DNA of 64,000 bases, from the NCBI RefSeq assembly GCF_009914755.1, contig NC_060936.1; one strand, 5' to 3'. Every line of letters begins with the position of its first letter. The stretch's first letter is position 1. Shown here one piece after another: positions 50,440 to 64,000 of the stretch. This stretch comes from the human T2T-CHM13v2.0 reference genome, Homo sapiens. The notes under the pieces are model-generated. The model was given only the letters and a program-made list of their open reading frames with translations, did not search any database and had not been told where the DNA came from. Made by a program: the position numbers and the translations under genes.

Positions 50440-50690
50440 CTTTCACGGAGCTGTTCCCTCTCCTTCATAACACTTCCCCCAGTTCGCAGTTACACATTCC
50501 TTAGATTCAGTGTTTGTGTGTTTTATTAATATCTGCCTTCCCGCTGGACTGTAAACTCCGTAACAGCAGAGGCTGTGTCTGGTTTTGCTCACTATTGAAT
50601 TGCCGATGCCTAGCACACACCTGACACGTAGTCACACACGTAGTCAGGTGTGTGCTAGGAATCAATGAATAGTTAAAGAGCAAGCATGAA
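50440..50690 (+). mobile_element. L2 3' end containing a hairpin
   Basis: ggactgtaaactccg...tgtgtctggttttgctcact...cctagcac...tcaatgaata. Confidence 0.75.
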
Positions 50691-50859
50691 GCTATATGGA
50701 GGCACAGCTATGGAGCTAGCTTCCTACTAGCTTATCCCATCTAGTCACTGTAGTGATAAGGATAAGGTGATAACTGAATTCCTACATCTTCAGGGATCTG
50801 CAGACAAGTGGAGAGAAGCAACAGGTGAATTACGGCTTCCCTAGGAGCTGCCTACAGAG

Positions 50860-51200
50860 ACAGATCACCGGGTGGTGCAGACCGTCATATGTTTAAGCAG
50901 GAAATCGACTCCTCCCCGCTCAGGCCTGACAGGTTCAGTAGCTGTAGGTCCACTGTGTGGCACTGAGTCCCTAAGCTAAGAGGCCATGACTTCCTGACTT
51001 TGTTTACATGATTAACACCCAAGGCGTGACCTGAAAGCGACAGGTTCACTTCCCTGCGAAGAACTCATTATCTAGAAGCCTCTGGCATCCTGGAATCCAT
51101 AGTAGAAAAAGTCCAACTAGTAAGTGTCCAAAACCATACCTTTCGTGAACATCAACTATGGAAAGTGAGTCACAGAATGTTTGTTGCATGAGAACCCATA
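50860..51200. promoter_or_regulatory. Candidate enhancer (motif cluster)
   Basis: ETS acttcctg 50989, FOX tgtttac 51001, nuclear-receptor half-sites tgacct/aggttca, AP-1 tgagtca 51166, retained CpGs. Confidence 0.35.
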
Positions 51201-52589
51201 GCAATGACCTTGCCAACCCCTTCATCTTCCATCCCAGGACACTGAGGCTCAGAAGATGAGGGGCTTCCCCCGAGGAACATGGTAAGTCAGGGGCAGAGGG
51301 AGGCCTGGAAGCCAGGACCCCACTCCTTGTACTAAACTACTCGAATCAGAGCGAATCTGAGAGCAGAAAGCAGAGGGCCCACAGTGAGAGCTGGGAGTCC
51401 TTTCCCACTTCTCTCCCCTCCCCTCTCTGTTCAGCAACAGAGCAGATTTTCCAAGCAGTCAGTACCCATTGAATTGTAAGCAGTGGCTTCATGAGAGCTC
51501 CTGCTCTCAGGACATTTAGACTATTCGAGGGCACTGGATGCGTAGCTGAAACAAATGACCCCTAAATGGAGGTGCTAACCGGAGCTTTGCCCCAAGAGGA
51601 TGACCAGGTGCCGCCTCCATCCTGCAACTTGCCCTTGCCATCGCCGGATGCAGTGGAGGCCTGTATAGTATGAATCAAAGGATTGCTGTTTAGTCTACAT
51701 CTAGGTCAGTGTTTTCATCCAAAATTACAAGTTTGGGTTCCTGGCATAACTCTTTACTTACTCATAATATTGTTGTTGTTCAATATATGTTTCTTATACA
51801 TCAATATTTGCTGATTGGCTGCCTAAATGAATTAATTAACAACACATACATAGTAAAAACCGGTTGAGGAATGTGTTGCAAACAACTTCAATCAAGATCG
51901 CCTTAATTATTATTTATTTAGTATGTATTATGTTCCAGGTCCATTACATACATTATTTTTAATCTTTACAACAAATATGCGAAGAAGATATTTAAAAAGA
52001 AGATCATTTGCCCAAAGGCATACAGCTTTATAAGTAATGGAGACAGGATCAGAACTCAGTTCTGGCTGATGCCAAAGACTGTTCTTCCACCACCGTGCTT
52101 CCTTCTAGCTTTTCAGGATATGCTTGTCCACACAAACGTGGGTCAGCTCTGTTCTTTCTACCATGGGTGTCAAATGAAATTAATTTTTGCCATCACCCTA
52201 GCTTACAGTTTTCCATTTTCTGCACCAGTAGGCACGCAATTATTTGCAAGAATATAGAACACTCAGTAGGGGTGAGGTGAGAAGAAGCCTCCCTTTTGCA
52301 GATAGACAGGAAGCAGGCAGTGGGCATTCAGTATACTTTTTACCAGGTAAGTAGACTTACAGTGGAAGAACTGCTTAAAAGAAACAGGCCAAGATAAAAG
52401 GGGTTTCTCATCCCCTTTGCAAATGATGTTCTCTTAGCACTTCCTAACACACTGAGCAGAGGCCAGTCTTTCCATCTTTCATATAACAGATTGTTCAGGC
52501 TTTGCCTCTCTGGTGAAAGGGGTCCCGTGAGGTTGAATCTCCTATAAGGGCTCTCACACCATCTTATGCTCCCTGAATCACTGGACGGG

Positions 52590-53420
52590 ACACAGATTGG
52601 GCTAGCGTGGAACAAAGGATGCACAGAGGAGGAGAAGGTGAGGAAAGCGGGGAGGAAAAGGGAGGGGTGCAAGATTCCACTCGGAACCTAACGCGTGGTT
52701 ATCCATCAGCCTCTGTCCTTCCTGACTCTGGGTTGTTTACAAAATCCTCGCCCTGGTGTGCACTGGGCTGCCTCAAATAGCCCTTGCTCCTTCCTTTAAG
52801 GAGGCACTGCTTTTGTTATAGCAAAATCCAAAAGCCTTAACTTACCACCAGGCAGGACACGGCCAAAAGCTGGCCTGGGGAAGACGGGACGAACTCGCAG
52901 GTAAATTAAACACCCGCCCAGTGTGGAAGCTTTCTCTGAATACTCCCAAAGACATTCTCCCCTCCCCTATGCCTGCCCCACACTCTTCATGTGAGTGAAT
53001 CTATCATAAGCATGGGGTGGGGGAAATGTGAGTGCTGGGAGCCTCGTGAGGTGAGTGCCAGCAATTCTAAACAGGAACGGGGAAGGACTGCGGTAGACAA
53101 GCCATGAAGCCTTTAAGTCACTTCACGGTGATCTGTATATCCCAGCAAAGCCTAGGCCCCATTAGGGAGTCTTTTAGGGAAAAGGGTACTCCTGTCATCC
53201 CACGTGCTCATTCATGAGTGAGGGCAGATGCGGGGAGCCGCACTGGACAGCAACCAAGATGGAGAGCCGTGCGGTGCAGCGTGGTGCCCTCCCGTAAATT
53301 CCACCCGCGCACTCCAAGGTTCCACGGCACACGTAAACCATCTGCCCAGCCCTGAGACACCATCTCACCTGTTCTGTGTATATGCAAGTTCCGCTCCCCC
53401 CTGTCCTCAGCACTGGCCTC
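52590..53420. promoter_or_regulatory. Weak CpG-enriched regulatory/promoter-like region
   Basis: CpG retention in non-repeat DNA, E-box cacgtg 53201, consensus donor gag|gtgagt 53051. Confidence 0.4.
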
Positions 53421-55309
53421 TAGTCCATTCTCCATCCCCATTCTACCTCTCACAAAATAAGTGTGTGCTCAGGGAATGGAAATGCATTGAAGAAACCTTG
53501 AAGGAAGGAGCTGAAGGTAGGTCCGCTGCCTACCTGCACCAAGAAAAACAAACAACTCTTAAATATTACTAAGGCCATGACCCCTGATTAGGGATGCAAA
53601 TGCATCTCTATTGACCAAGGTTATAAATCAATGTTTAAGAAATTAGATCATTTGGCAGATGTATATTTAGACGAACCGTGTTGTAGACCCTTTTGCACAG
53701 TGGGACCCCATCTCCCCTAGTACATCTTGACGCTGGGTAGCCATGGGTGTGGGGCACCGGGAGCTCCTGGTGAAGGCAGTCCTGCCTTTCCCCTGCATGT
53801 CCACAGGCCAACTGAGCTGCAGTGGATGGGGTTTGGTCCAGCATCTCTCATAGATTTACTTTTTGCAGGAGCTTGAGCTGGTAGATCCCAAAAAGTATTT
53901 GCCTCCAGCATATTCTCCCTTGATTTTCACAGCTTTCTGCATTTCAAGAGTAATGTAACTCATGGGAGGCTGATTCACTGAAAAGAGCTCAGCAAAGTCT
54001 GGTTTGTGAGAGCCATTTGATATCTAAGAGGCCTTTCTTTCCTCGTCTTCTGAGCCCATCTACTCCAAACCCCAACTCTGGCTGGAAGTTGGAGAGGCAG
54101 AACCCAAAGCAATAGCAGGGAGGGGAGCCCAGGCACCATGCAGAGGTGGATTTAATCCTCCGAAATCACCCATGATTCTTTCCCCATTCAGCAGATGAGA
54201 GCATCAACACTCAGACAGGGGCAGCACCTGCCTTACAGTTTGTAAGTGAGATATCTGCCACCGCACTGCCACACACCCTGGGGAGCAAACCGCTCAGCCC
54301 CAAGATGCCAGCCCAGGCTATGCTTCACTTAATGGCTCTTTTGAGCTTCCTCCTTCTGAAGCCCTACACTAGCAGGATTCCAGAGGGGTCCACTCACAGT
54401 TACCCTGCAAATCAGTTCCGGTTCAGACCCTACTGTTGGCATTGAAAGCTTGCCGTGTTCTTAAACACTGGTCCTGGTGGCTTGGGGAGTAAGCGGTGAA
54501 GTTGAGAGGGACGCAGTATATAATACCGCCATGAGCCTTCGAAGGAGCCTCAGTGGTCTCTCACCCTGGGGCCACATCCTGCTAGGCTTCAGGTTCCCTG
54601 GTCACCAAGTCTCCTTCCCCCCCACCGACAACCTGCAAGGTAAGTTGATACAGATATGTTGCTGCCAGGGGCGACGCTGTTCCAGATTGCATCTGAAGGC
54701 AGAACCAGGGGTCAGGGGCTGCAATTACAGCCAGAGGTTTTAGATTAGAGAGAAGGGCTTCCTGACAAGTTGCTAAACTCAGCGGGTAATTAGGGAGAGT
54801 TTACAGAAACTCTTTCCCAGGAAATATAATCCCATCACCCTACTTAGGAAGAGTCTCCCTAGGAGGACAAACCAGAAAGTTTCAGGCTTTTCAACCTAGA
54901 AAGACTATGGACGTGAGTCTCGTGAAATGAAGCGGGGTTGATGGGGAGTTCTAGCGGGCGAAATCAAACCTGACCTGCCTCCTTTACAGACTTGCCAGGA
55001 TAAAAGGAGATAACATCTCTGCAAGCATTTGTCAACTGTTTGGTGCCAAGGCGAGGATGAGGGATTTTTATTGTGCGCAGGAGCTGGGGTCTCTCCCATG
55101 AGGCTTTAAGGAGTAAATAAATGCAGCATCGCTTTACACAGAGGGCAGCAAACTACCCAACTGAGAGCAGTGTGGACTGAGGAGTGCAACAGGCTCCAAA
55201 CAAAACTTTAAGACAATTCACCAATATCAGGGGCTTCCAGGTTAAAATCAAGGGACTCCACTGTGGCTTAATGCCACCAAAAAAGTTGTCACGATCATCT
55301 CCATTATCA

Positions 55310-55530
55310 TCCGTTACTCTTCGTATATGCATTTTGCACATTTTCTCATTTGATCCTCATCACACTTCTGGAGAGCAGCTCGGGGAGGTATAACCCCATC
55401 CTACCAATGAGGAAGTTGAGGTTCAAAACTGGGTTGTGTGAATTGCCCAAGGTCACATAACCAGCAAGCGGTACCACTGCTTTGTGTAACTTCAGGTGGA
55501 GGTCAATGCCTTTTCCACTCTGACTTTGCC
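55310..55530 (-). mobile_element. MIR
   Basis: tctcatttgatcctcat...atgaggaagttgagg...gcccaaggtcaca. Confidence 0.75.
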
Positions 55531-55729
55531 CACTCTTGCGATCAATTCCTTCATTCATCCATGTGTTCATTAACTCAACGGATATTTACTAAACATCTTT
55601 AAAACAAAGGAAACAGCAAACTGGAACATATTTTCTTTCCAAACTCATTGTGAAATTGGGACATACTCCAGGAAATAGTAACATCATTTTGTTCCCTGGC
55701 TCTAAAAACACTTAATCTCATCTCGTTGT

Positions 55730-56215
55730 CTGTGACACTTCTTACTAATAGCTGACAAGGTCTTAACAATTTGCCCCATCCGTTTGACCCCATCTTCTGC
55801 CACTTCCCACCTCCTTCTCTAGATCCTGGGTACACTGACCTTTCAAGTCCTCAGTGACACCAACTAGGCTGCTTCCTGCCTCAGGGCCTTTGTGCATGCT
55901 ATTTCCCCCGTGCATACATGTCTGCACCATTCGCATAATTCAGGTCTGAGTGCCGCCAATGTCATATTCCCAGAAAGGATTTTCCTGACCTGCTTCATCA
56001 CACACAGGCCCTCCCCATCACAGTACTTTTTATTTTCTTCATGGAATTTATTACTTTCTAAAATGTTCATATTTATATTTAGTTGTTTGCTATCTGTATC
56101 CCCTTGCCCCAGCCTCAAATTCCAGGAAAGCAGGGGTCTTGTCTGTCTTGCTTGCTGAAGCAGGCACCTGCCCCATGTTTAACATATAATAAATAAATAT
56201 ATTAATTAATTAAAT
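55730..56215 (+). mobile_element. L2 3' fragment
   Basis: cctgcctcagggcctttgtgcatgctatttccc; ccaggaaagcaggggtcttgtctgtcttg. Confidence 0.75.
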
Positions 56216-57359
56216 AAAATCATGAATTATTGGTCAAAAGTATTTATTACATTACACTTGATTGCACAGTACAATTATTGTTATAAGCTATAGATTAAAA
56301 ACTTTTTTTTTCTTAATTTGCACTGAAATCTAATTGCAAGGAAACTGCGACTGCAGCAGTAGGTTAAGTTCACACAGAGTACATACCCTGGATGGGAATA
56401 CTGCTCCCTTCAATCTGTGTTTTGTTTGTTTGGCTTCAATTTATGGACGCAGTTTCTTCTGCTTCCAGACTTACCTTGGAACCTCCAGTCCTTAATAAAT
56501 GCTGAATATGGAGAAAGTTTCAGTAAGTTGTGGCCAGTGGACAGCAGTCCACTTAGGAGTCATCGTGAAGTTAAAAATACTGACAGGTCACAGAGGGCTA
56601 TGGGTGTCCAGCCAAAGCTAAAACTTCTGTCCCTAGACTCAGAACTAGACCTGCAAGAAATGAAGCTAGCTTTAGCCCCTTTCATCAGCTGTTTTCTTCA
56701 TGGCTGGCAGCTTTTCCTCAGTTACTTCTTCTTTTCTCTTTCTTATTTCCCTCTTTCCTCATTTCACTTGCTCTTGCAAAAGGAGCTTTAAAAAAAACCT
56801 TATTCACATTAAGATGTAAATGACTGTTGACTTCCCAGGTGTCCCTGCAGACTAAAAGAGAACCCACACTGAGGAATAAAGCCACAGAGGGATTCCAGGC
56901 ATGCAGAAGCACCTGCTTAGAAGGCTCTGCCCTGCTCCTTCCTGCTCTAACTCTTAAGTGTCTTGAAAAAAGAAAGACCTTACAGGCCATCTAGCCATGT
57001 TGACGAGCATGGAGACCCTGAATCTAAGGAGCTGATAACAATAAAGTGTTGCATGGCCTGAAGATAAACCTGGAGGGACCTTCAAGGTACGTGGCTGGGT
57101 CTTCCTTGCAGCCACCACTCTGCATAAAATTTCCATTGGCAGGTGTATCTCACAGGCATTTGGCTGCAGCACTCTTAACTCTTCTCTTGTCCCAGTGATA
57201 TGGGCTGTAATCATAGACAATGAGTGTGGGTTTAAGGAACTTTCAGGAAGATAATCACTCATTTACAAGGCACCCTCTTTATAGTTGCAGTTACAGGGGG
57301 AGGACCAGCACCTGCTTCCTTGCTGTGCTTTGAGCTGTGTGATATGACTCCAAGAACAC

Positions 57360-57560
57360 TGTAATAAATACATTTCTATTTATCGAAGCGTGCTTTATGT
57401 AATGCCCACAACTATCCTCTGAAATAGATATTGCTATGACCATTTTCAGCTGAGAAGAAAACTAAAGCTCATGGAGGTAAACTAATTTGCCCAAGTTCAC
57501 ATAGCTGGAAATAGTGAGGCTGGGATTCCTTCTGACTCCGAAGGTCTTGATTTTTCCTTT
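57360..57560 (-). mobile_element. MIR
   Basis: ccattttcagctgagaagaaaact...taatttgcccaagttcacatagct. Confidence 0.7.
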
Positions 57561-57719
57561 AGTTTCTGTCTTCACGTTTGCAGGTCATAGTAACCTACTG
57601 TAGAATGAGCTCATAATTCCCAATAAAAGGTATGCAATTACATTTTTAATTTCCTGAATGAGAAGTAAGTGTTAAAACTATGTTTTGAGTCATTTACTTG
57701 AGTTGATCAAGTCAGTCTA

Positions 57720-58140
57720 CGTGGTATTCACTTCTTAAACAAATATTGACTGATCTGATACTAAGTGCCAGATGCTATCGTTTGAGGACACAGGGAAAAC
57801 TGTTTGTGACCAGAAGAGCCCAACAGCTCTGTCTTCAAGGAGCTTACATTCTACTTGGGGAAGATGGAGAATAAACAAATAAGGAAAACCTAGACTATGT
57901 CAGGAAGTGCAGAGGATTGTGGTATCAAACAAAGTAGACAGCAGAATTGGGAATGCCAGGAGTGGGGTTTGCAATTTTAAATAGTCTGTTCAGGGGAGGC
58001 CTTGCTGGAAAGAAGGGATTTGAACAAGGAGCTGACAGAGGTGGGGAATACAGCATGGGGCTCTCTGGGGAAGCCTCATTCCAACAGTGGGAGAGCAAGG
58101 ACAAAGGCTCTGAGCTGGAGTGGCCCACTTTGCTCAGTTA
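57720..58140 (-). mobile_element. L2 3' fragment
   Basis: aacaaatattgactga...ctaagtgccagatgct; tcaaggagcttacattcta. Confidence 0.7.
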
Positions 58141-58324
58141 CTTACAAAGATAGATTAATATGAAAAATGTCAGTCCGATAAGTTGTTTGGTATTTTAAAT
58201 GCCAAAAAAAGACGGGGAAAATCTTAAGATTAATCTCTGAGATAGAATCAGGGGGAGTGGTTGCTGTGGGAGAGGGTGGGTTATGGCTGAGGGGTGAGGG
58301 AGCTGGGGCGGTTCCACATCTTGA

Positions 58325-58706
<382 letters not shown>

Positions 58707-59699
58707 CACTATCTCAGTTTTTTAAAATGAATTTAAAAAGAGGCCTTAGTTCTCCACTTCCGGGATTCTGAAGTTACATATTCACATGCCGTGTAATACC
58801 AGAATTTTTAGTGCACGTTTCATGGTTTCTTCTTTGCTGCTCAAGCTTATGAGATTCACTGAGAAAAATGCAAGCTTAGAAAGAACAGGGTTCAAGGGTT
58901 TGCTCTGGGATCTTCAGAGAGTTGACCATCCTTCCTGGATCTGAGTTTCTAAACCATAAAGTAGGACTGGTAATGACGGTATCCACCTTGCAGAACTATT
59001 GGGAGGCGGAAACAAGATCATGTCTGGGAAAGTTCTCATTTAGTTGCAAGACCACAGAAATCTTACTTCACGGTATAATTACAGGTGCATCCAGTGTTTT
59101 ACTGGAGTGCCTGCGGGATCACCACCACGTCAGCTCCTACTTGGGCTATGTCCCTTGCCTTTTGTCTCCTGCCAGTCACCCTCTGCTAGGCACTGGGCAC
59201 TGCCACACACGGCAGGTCACTCCGCCAAATGGTGTTCTATGGTGGGGGGCAAAATGACTCCTGTTCCTTTTGGGCAATGGTCTGAACTTCAAGCAGATTA
59301 TTATACTCTAAACATCTCAGAGGGTGACTCAACAGCCCTTTCTGTCACCACCCCCTCAACCCTGCAAGACTCAGACCTGAGTGCAGGGGAAGCTGGACCG
59401 GGACAGCCATGTGACTGGTGGGAGAGGCGAGGCTGTGCAGCGCTAAGACCTCCACCTCTCCCACTGGTGACTAAGCCTTGTCACTAGATCACGCTTGTCC
59501 TCCTGTTCCTTTAGGAGGAGGTTTCCCAGGTATCAGCCACTCGCATGGAGAAAATTAAGTTTGTGGGTGGGGGGTGGGCGGAGGGGTGCATCGTCAACAG
59601 GGGATTTGGAACTTAGAGAAACTCAAGTGGGTCTGACTTTTATTATCACCATGTGTTTGAAGTTCTAAAGAAAGTCAGTGACACAATACTGCCCCCCTC

Positions 59700-60430
59700 A
59701 AGACAAACCTTATCTTGGTCTAAGTCCCAAATAGTTGCTGTGATTACTATTTATTGACTTTAATTACATATAGATATATAATTACATCTGTATAATATTG
59801 TTATATGATGTAGATGATTACCTTTTCATTGCTTACTTTTAATAATCATTGTGTTCTCTATGGCAGTTAATTTTGAGAACTCCCAATCGTATAGTGCTCT
59901 CCCCAGCGACTAACCCCAGCCCCAAAAGATTAGCTAAATGCGTCTGTTTCCAGAGCTATTCCTAATGGCATAATGGTTTGGAATGGTTAGAACTTTCTTT
60001 CAGGTATAGTCTGCCCCTATGGTATCACATATTCTTGCACTTAAACAGTTTGCTTGAAAAAAATAAGCACATTGATTATATTAATAAAGGCAAAGAAACA
60101 GAGTGTGAGTGACTTCAATTCTGCCATCCTATGTGAGAACTTAGAGTTTTTATCTGCACTTAAAATTGAAAACAGTGAAATAAAGTGTGAACTGCAAGGT
60201 ATAATGTTTTGTTTGGTAATAGTTCATATGGGTTCAAGCATAAAATGTTCTACAAACTGTGGATAATATCTTTAATATTGCTGTTTATTTTTTAGTTGTT
60301 ATTTTTAAAGTAAAGAACAAATCAAGAAAATAATGATGATTACATGAAGAACTAATTAAGAAAATAATTATTACTATGTGGCTATTATGGAAAATAGTTT
60401 TGAGGTTCAGAGGGAGGAGGTATCAAATAT
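59700..60430. mobile_element. Probable old DNA-transposon remnant (hAT-Tip100-like)
   Basis: AT-rich block with aagcacattgattatattaataaagg and aaagtgtgaactgcaagg; family match is from memory only. Confidence 0.35.
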
Positions 60431-60791
60431 TAACAACTCCAGGTTCAGATGCACTAGGCACAGCAAAGACTGTGTGTACCACTCAACCAAACACACTGAA
60501 TTCCAGTGATGGACATATTTGACTCTCAAGAGCCATGCCCTGTGATCTTGTTATTGCTACCCTCCTAGGATGCTTTCAGATACAGCCCCATCAAGAAGCA
60601 AGGGGGTGATGCAGATGGCCCAGGAGCTCTCTGCTCTTACCACTCATACATTCAAAAAGCACTTATTGGGCAGCCTTAGTGCACATTGGCCTGGCAGAGC
60701 TCTGCACTTGACCTGGAGGTTACAGGGTTAAGGAGGCTAAGGTCTCCCTGCATCTACCCAAACTGAGAAAACCAGCACCAGATGAAGGCTA

Positions 60792-61290
<499 letters not shown>

Positions 61291-63154
61291 CTATTAAAAA
61301 GAAGGCTTTATAGGGAGGAAATGCACACTTATAATGTAATAGTTGATAAACAGAAAACCCATTTATGTTATTATACAGTTAGAAGATGCATCCTAACCTG
61401 CTGTGGAGAGACTAGTAATTGTGGAGAAACTCGTCCATAACAGATGACAACACATGCTCCAACATCACCCGAGCATTTAGAGGCCTCTTGAGGTGTCTCT
61501 GGAACTAGCTGTAAAGTGCATCTTCCTGATTTATTTAATAAAAGCAATTCCTGCTTGTTATTGCTCTTATTATCATTGGTAATAATAGTGACAGGGTGTT
61601 TGAACATGTTCGTTTAGCTCTGGGATTGGCCAGGAGGAGAGGCTTATATTCTACTGTTTATTACTCATCTAATAGTGAAGACCTGTGAACCGACTGGTAT
61701 AAGCATGGGAGCCTGGGGGCAGTAAAGACACCGCCAGGAAGGCCAGGGAGAGGGTGATCAGTGTGACATGTCATTGGTGGCAAAAACCACTGGACACTGG
61801 TAACTGACTCCCTCTCCGTAAGAGCAGAGATGCAGACCTTCTTCCTGGTATGAAAACAATAACTAGCAATTTCACAACTTGCTGGGTTCTCCAAACTTTC
61901 TCACCCAGAAAAGTTCTTCTGGCTCATTTGTAAACACTGGTACAGTCCTTTTTGTTCTAGACTCAGAGGAGCAGGAAATCACCCAGGAATACCAGGAAAA
62001 GCAAGCTCTAGCATTGACCTGAGTTTGAAGCTCTTTTACTGGCTGTAGGTGAGACTTTCAAGAAGTTTCTCAAGGGTCAGGAGCCCTGTTTTCCTCAGCT
62101 GTATAGGGTACACCATAATACCAAGCATTTGGCACGTTATGAGAATTGGATGCAAAGCTCTATGTTAAAACAGCTAGCAGGCACTGTGGATCGGCCGTGG
62201 TACACAAATACACGGTTGTACTACTGCGCCCAACTACAGCTTCTGTCATCCTCATTTTCATTACAGTCCCGTCCAAGTGGGGACTGTTGCTGTCGCTGCT
62301 CCTTCTTCTTACTCAAAGTCTTGAGAAATTCTTCTTTCCACATGCTAGTAATGGTCAGAATAAGAAGAATGAATTAGAAATGTCTATTTCCTCCCACGGC
62401 ACTGAAAGATCAGTCTGATTAAAAAATTACTTCACTGGTGTTTAATAACTGCACTAAAGGCAAAATGTAATTATTCTCATGCTTTAGATGGAGAAACCGA
62501 GGCTGGAGAAGTTAAGGAAGTTGCTCAAAGTCATGTAATAAGCCCGAATTTTTATTCAGGGAGTTCTAGATGTTTTTCCCCCTTAGGGATGCTTCCCACT
62601 ATTATCAGGTTGGTGAATAAGAAAATCCTTTCTTGAGTATGAGTAAAATAAATTGGAACCAATATTAAACAGAGTTTTTTACAGTTTTACAAAGCACTTT
62701 TACAAAAAGTCTCTAACTTCATGCAAGATTACTTGTATTACTAAATAGTACTACTAGATATTATCATTTTACAAAAGAGGAAACTGAAATTCTGAAACAT
62801 TACTTGGCCTGTCCAAAGTCACGATATTCAAATACGTAGAGCTCAGACCACTGTGGTTCCAAACACCCATCCTACCATTATATTTCCTAGACGTGTAAGG
62901 TAAAAATGGTATCTCCCCATCCCTGTATTCCTCACCACCTGCCTCCTGCATCTTTTCTCTCAGTCCATGTAGCTTCCAGTCTTCAAATTGCTTGCTCCAC
63001 TATTAAGAATTCCTTGATTAATACCTTTCTTTCTGACCTCAAGGCAGCTTTTAACCTTATCTGTATAGTCCCGACATTCCAAGAACATTGGATGTGAGTC
63101 ATGTATTTGCAGAATTCTATTTTATCATCTGATTTTGAAACCCAATCCCTCATG

Positions 63155-63325
63155 AAGGATAATCTAATGTTTCTGGGTCATGAAGCTTATGCAATTTGGG
63201 GAGCCCTTGGCAGGAATAAAGAAAGAAAAACAAAATTAGATACAGGGCTTTGAAAGAAGCCCATCTGTGTGAGGCGTCGGTACTAACGCTTAAGCTTCAG
63301 AGCTTCAAAGTAGAAGCCATGAATT
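63155..63325 (-). mobile_element. hAT-Tip100 MITE (Arthur1A-like)
   Basis: tgaagcttatgcaatttggggagccc...caaaattag...gcttaagcttca. Confidence 0.6.
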
Positions 63326-63460
63326 CACCTCCATCCCCAAGTAAGATTCAACTCCAGTCTGGTTCTCCTTCAGTGAATCTACTCTGGGCCAATACTGAGC
63401 TGTCCACCTTGCAGGTTTAGCTCACCTAACTCTCACGGCAACACAGACAAGAAGGTATGA

Positions 63461-63753
<293 letters not shown>

Positions 63754-64000
63754 TGTTTGTGTTTATGTTATAATTTGACTACTCTCGTTTTCAACTCAAG
63801 TTTCAGTTTGTTGAGCCAAGGAATCTTGCTTCTAATTTCTTGGTAGGACCTCCCTTGATCCCAGCACAATCTTGAGTTCATAAACATTTTATGAATGAAT
63901 GGATATTTGAACAAATGAATGAATAAAGGAACATGTTCAATGGCTACTTGTTGAATTTATAGCAGAAAATGTAATTGTTATAATAATTGCTACTTTTTGA

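Overview
Primate (almost certainly human) intergenic or intronic DNA. It is not prokaryotic and shows no CRISPR array, tRNA/rRNA gene or recognisable intact protein-coding gene. About 38 Alu elements (FLAM/FRAM, AluJ, AluS, AluY; many with visible target-site duplications) sit among L1 fragments (L1PA13-like, L1PB4-like, L1MC, a ~10 kb L1M patchwork, and a young 5'-truncated L1PA2-like insert whose 247-aa ORF is the ORF2p C-terminus). Also present are MaLR/ERVL solo LTRs, hAT DNA-transposon remnants, and many MIR/L2 relics. Most ORF-track entries are Alu/L1 translations or chance ORFs. Unique sequence includes a CpG island at ~17.3-18.1 kb, a weaker CpG- and motif-rich zone at ~50.8-54.7 kb, and candidate non-coding exons. 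The leading hypothesis is a possible decayed minus-strand gene at ~8.3-13.7 kb (small exon, 91-nt intron, ~3 kb purine-skewed exon) downstream of the CpG island; this is inference only. Directly visible oddities include several perfect hairpins/palindromes inside old repeats, a 600-bp AT-rich inverted-repeat mosaic, two same-site double Alu insertions, a duplicated Alu 3' end, and two possible templated insertions. Repeat subfamily calls and boundaries were made by eye and are approximate. The locus could not be named.
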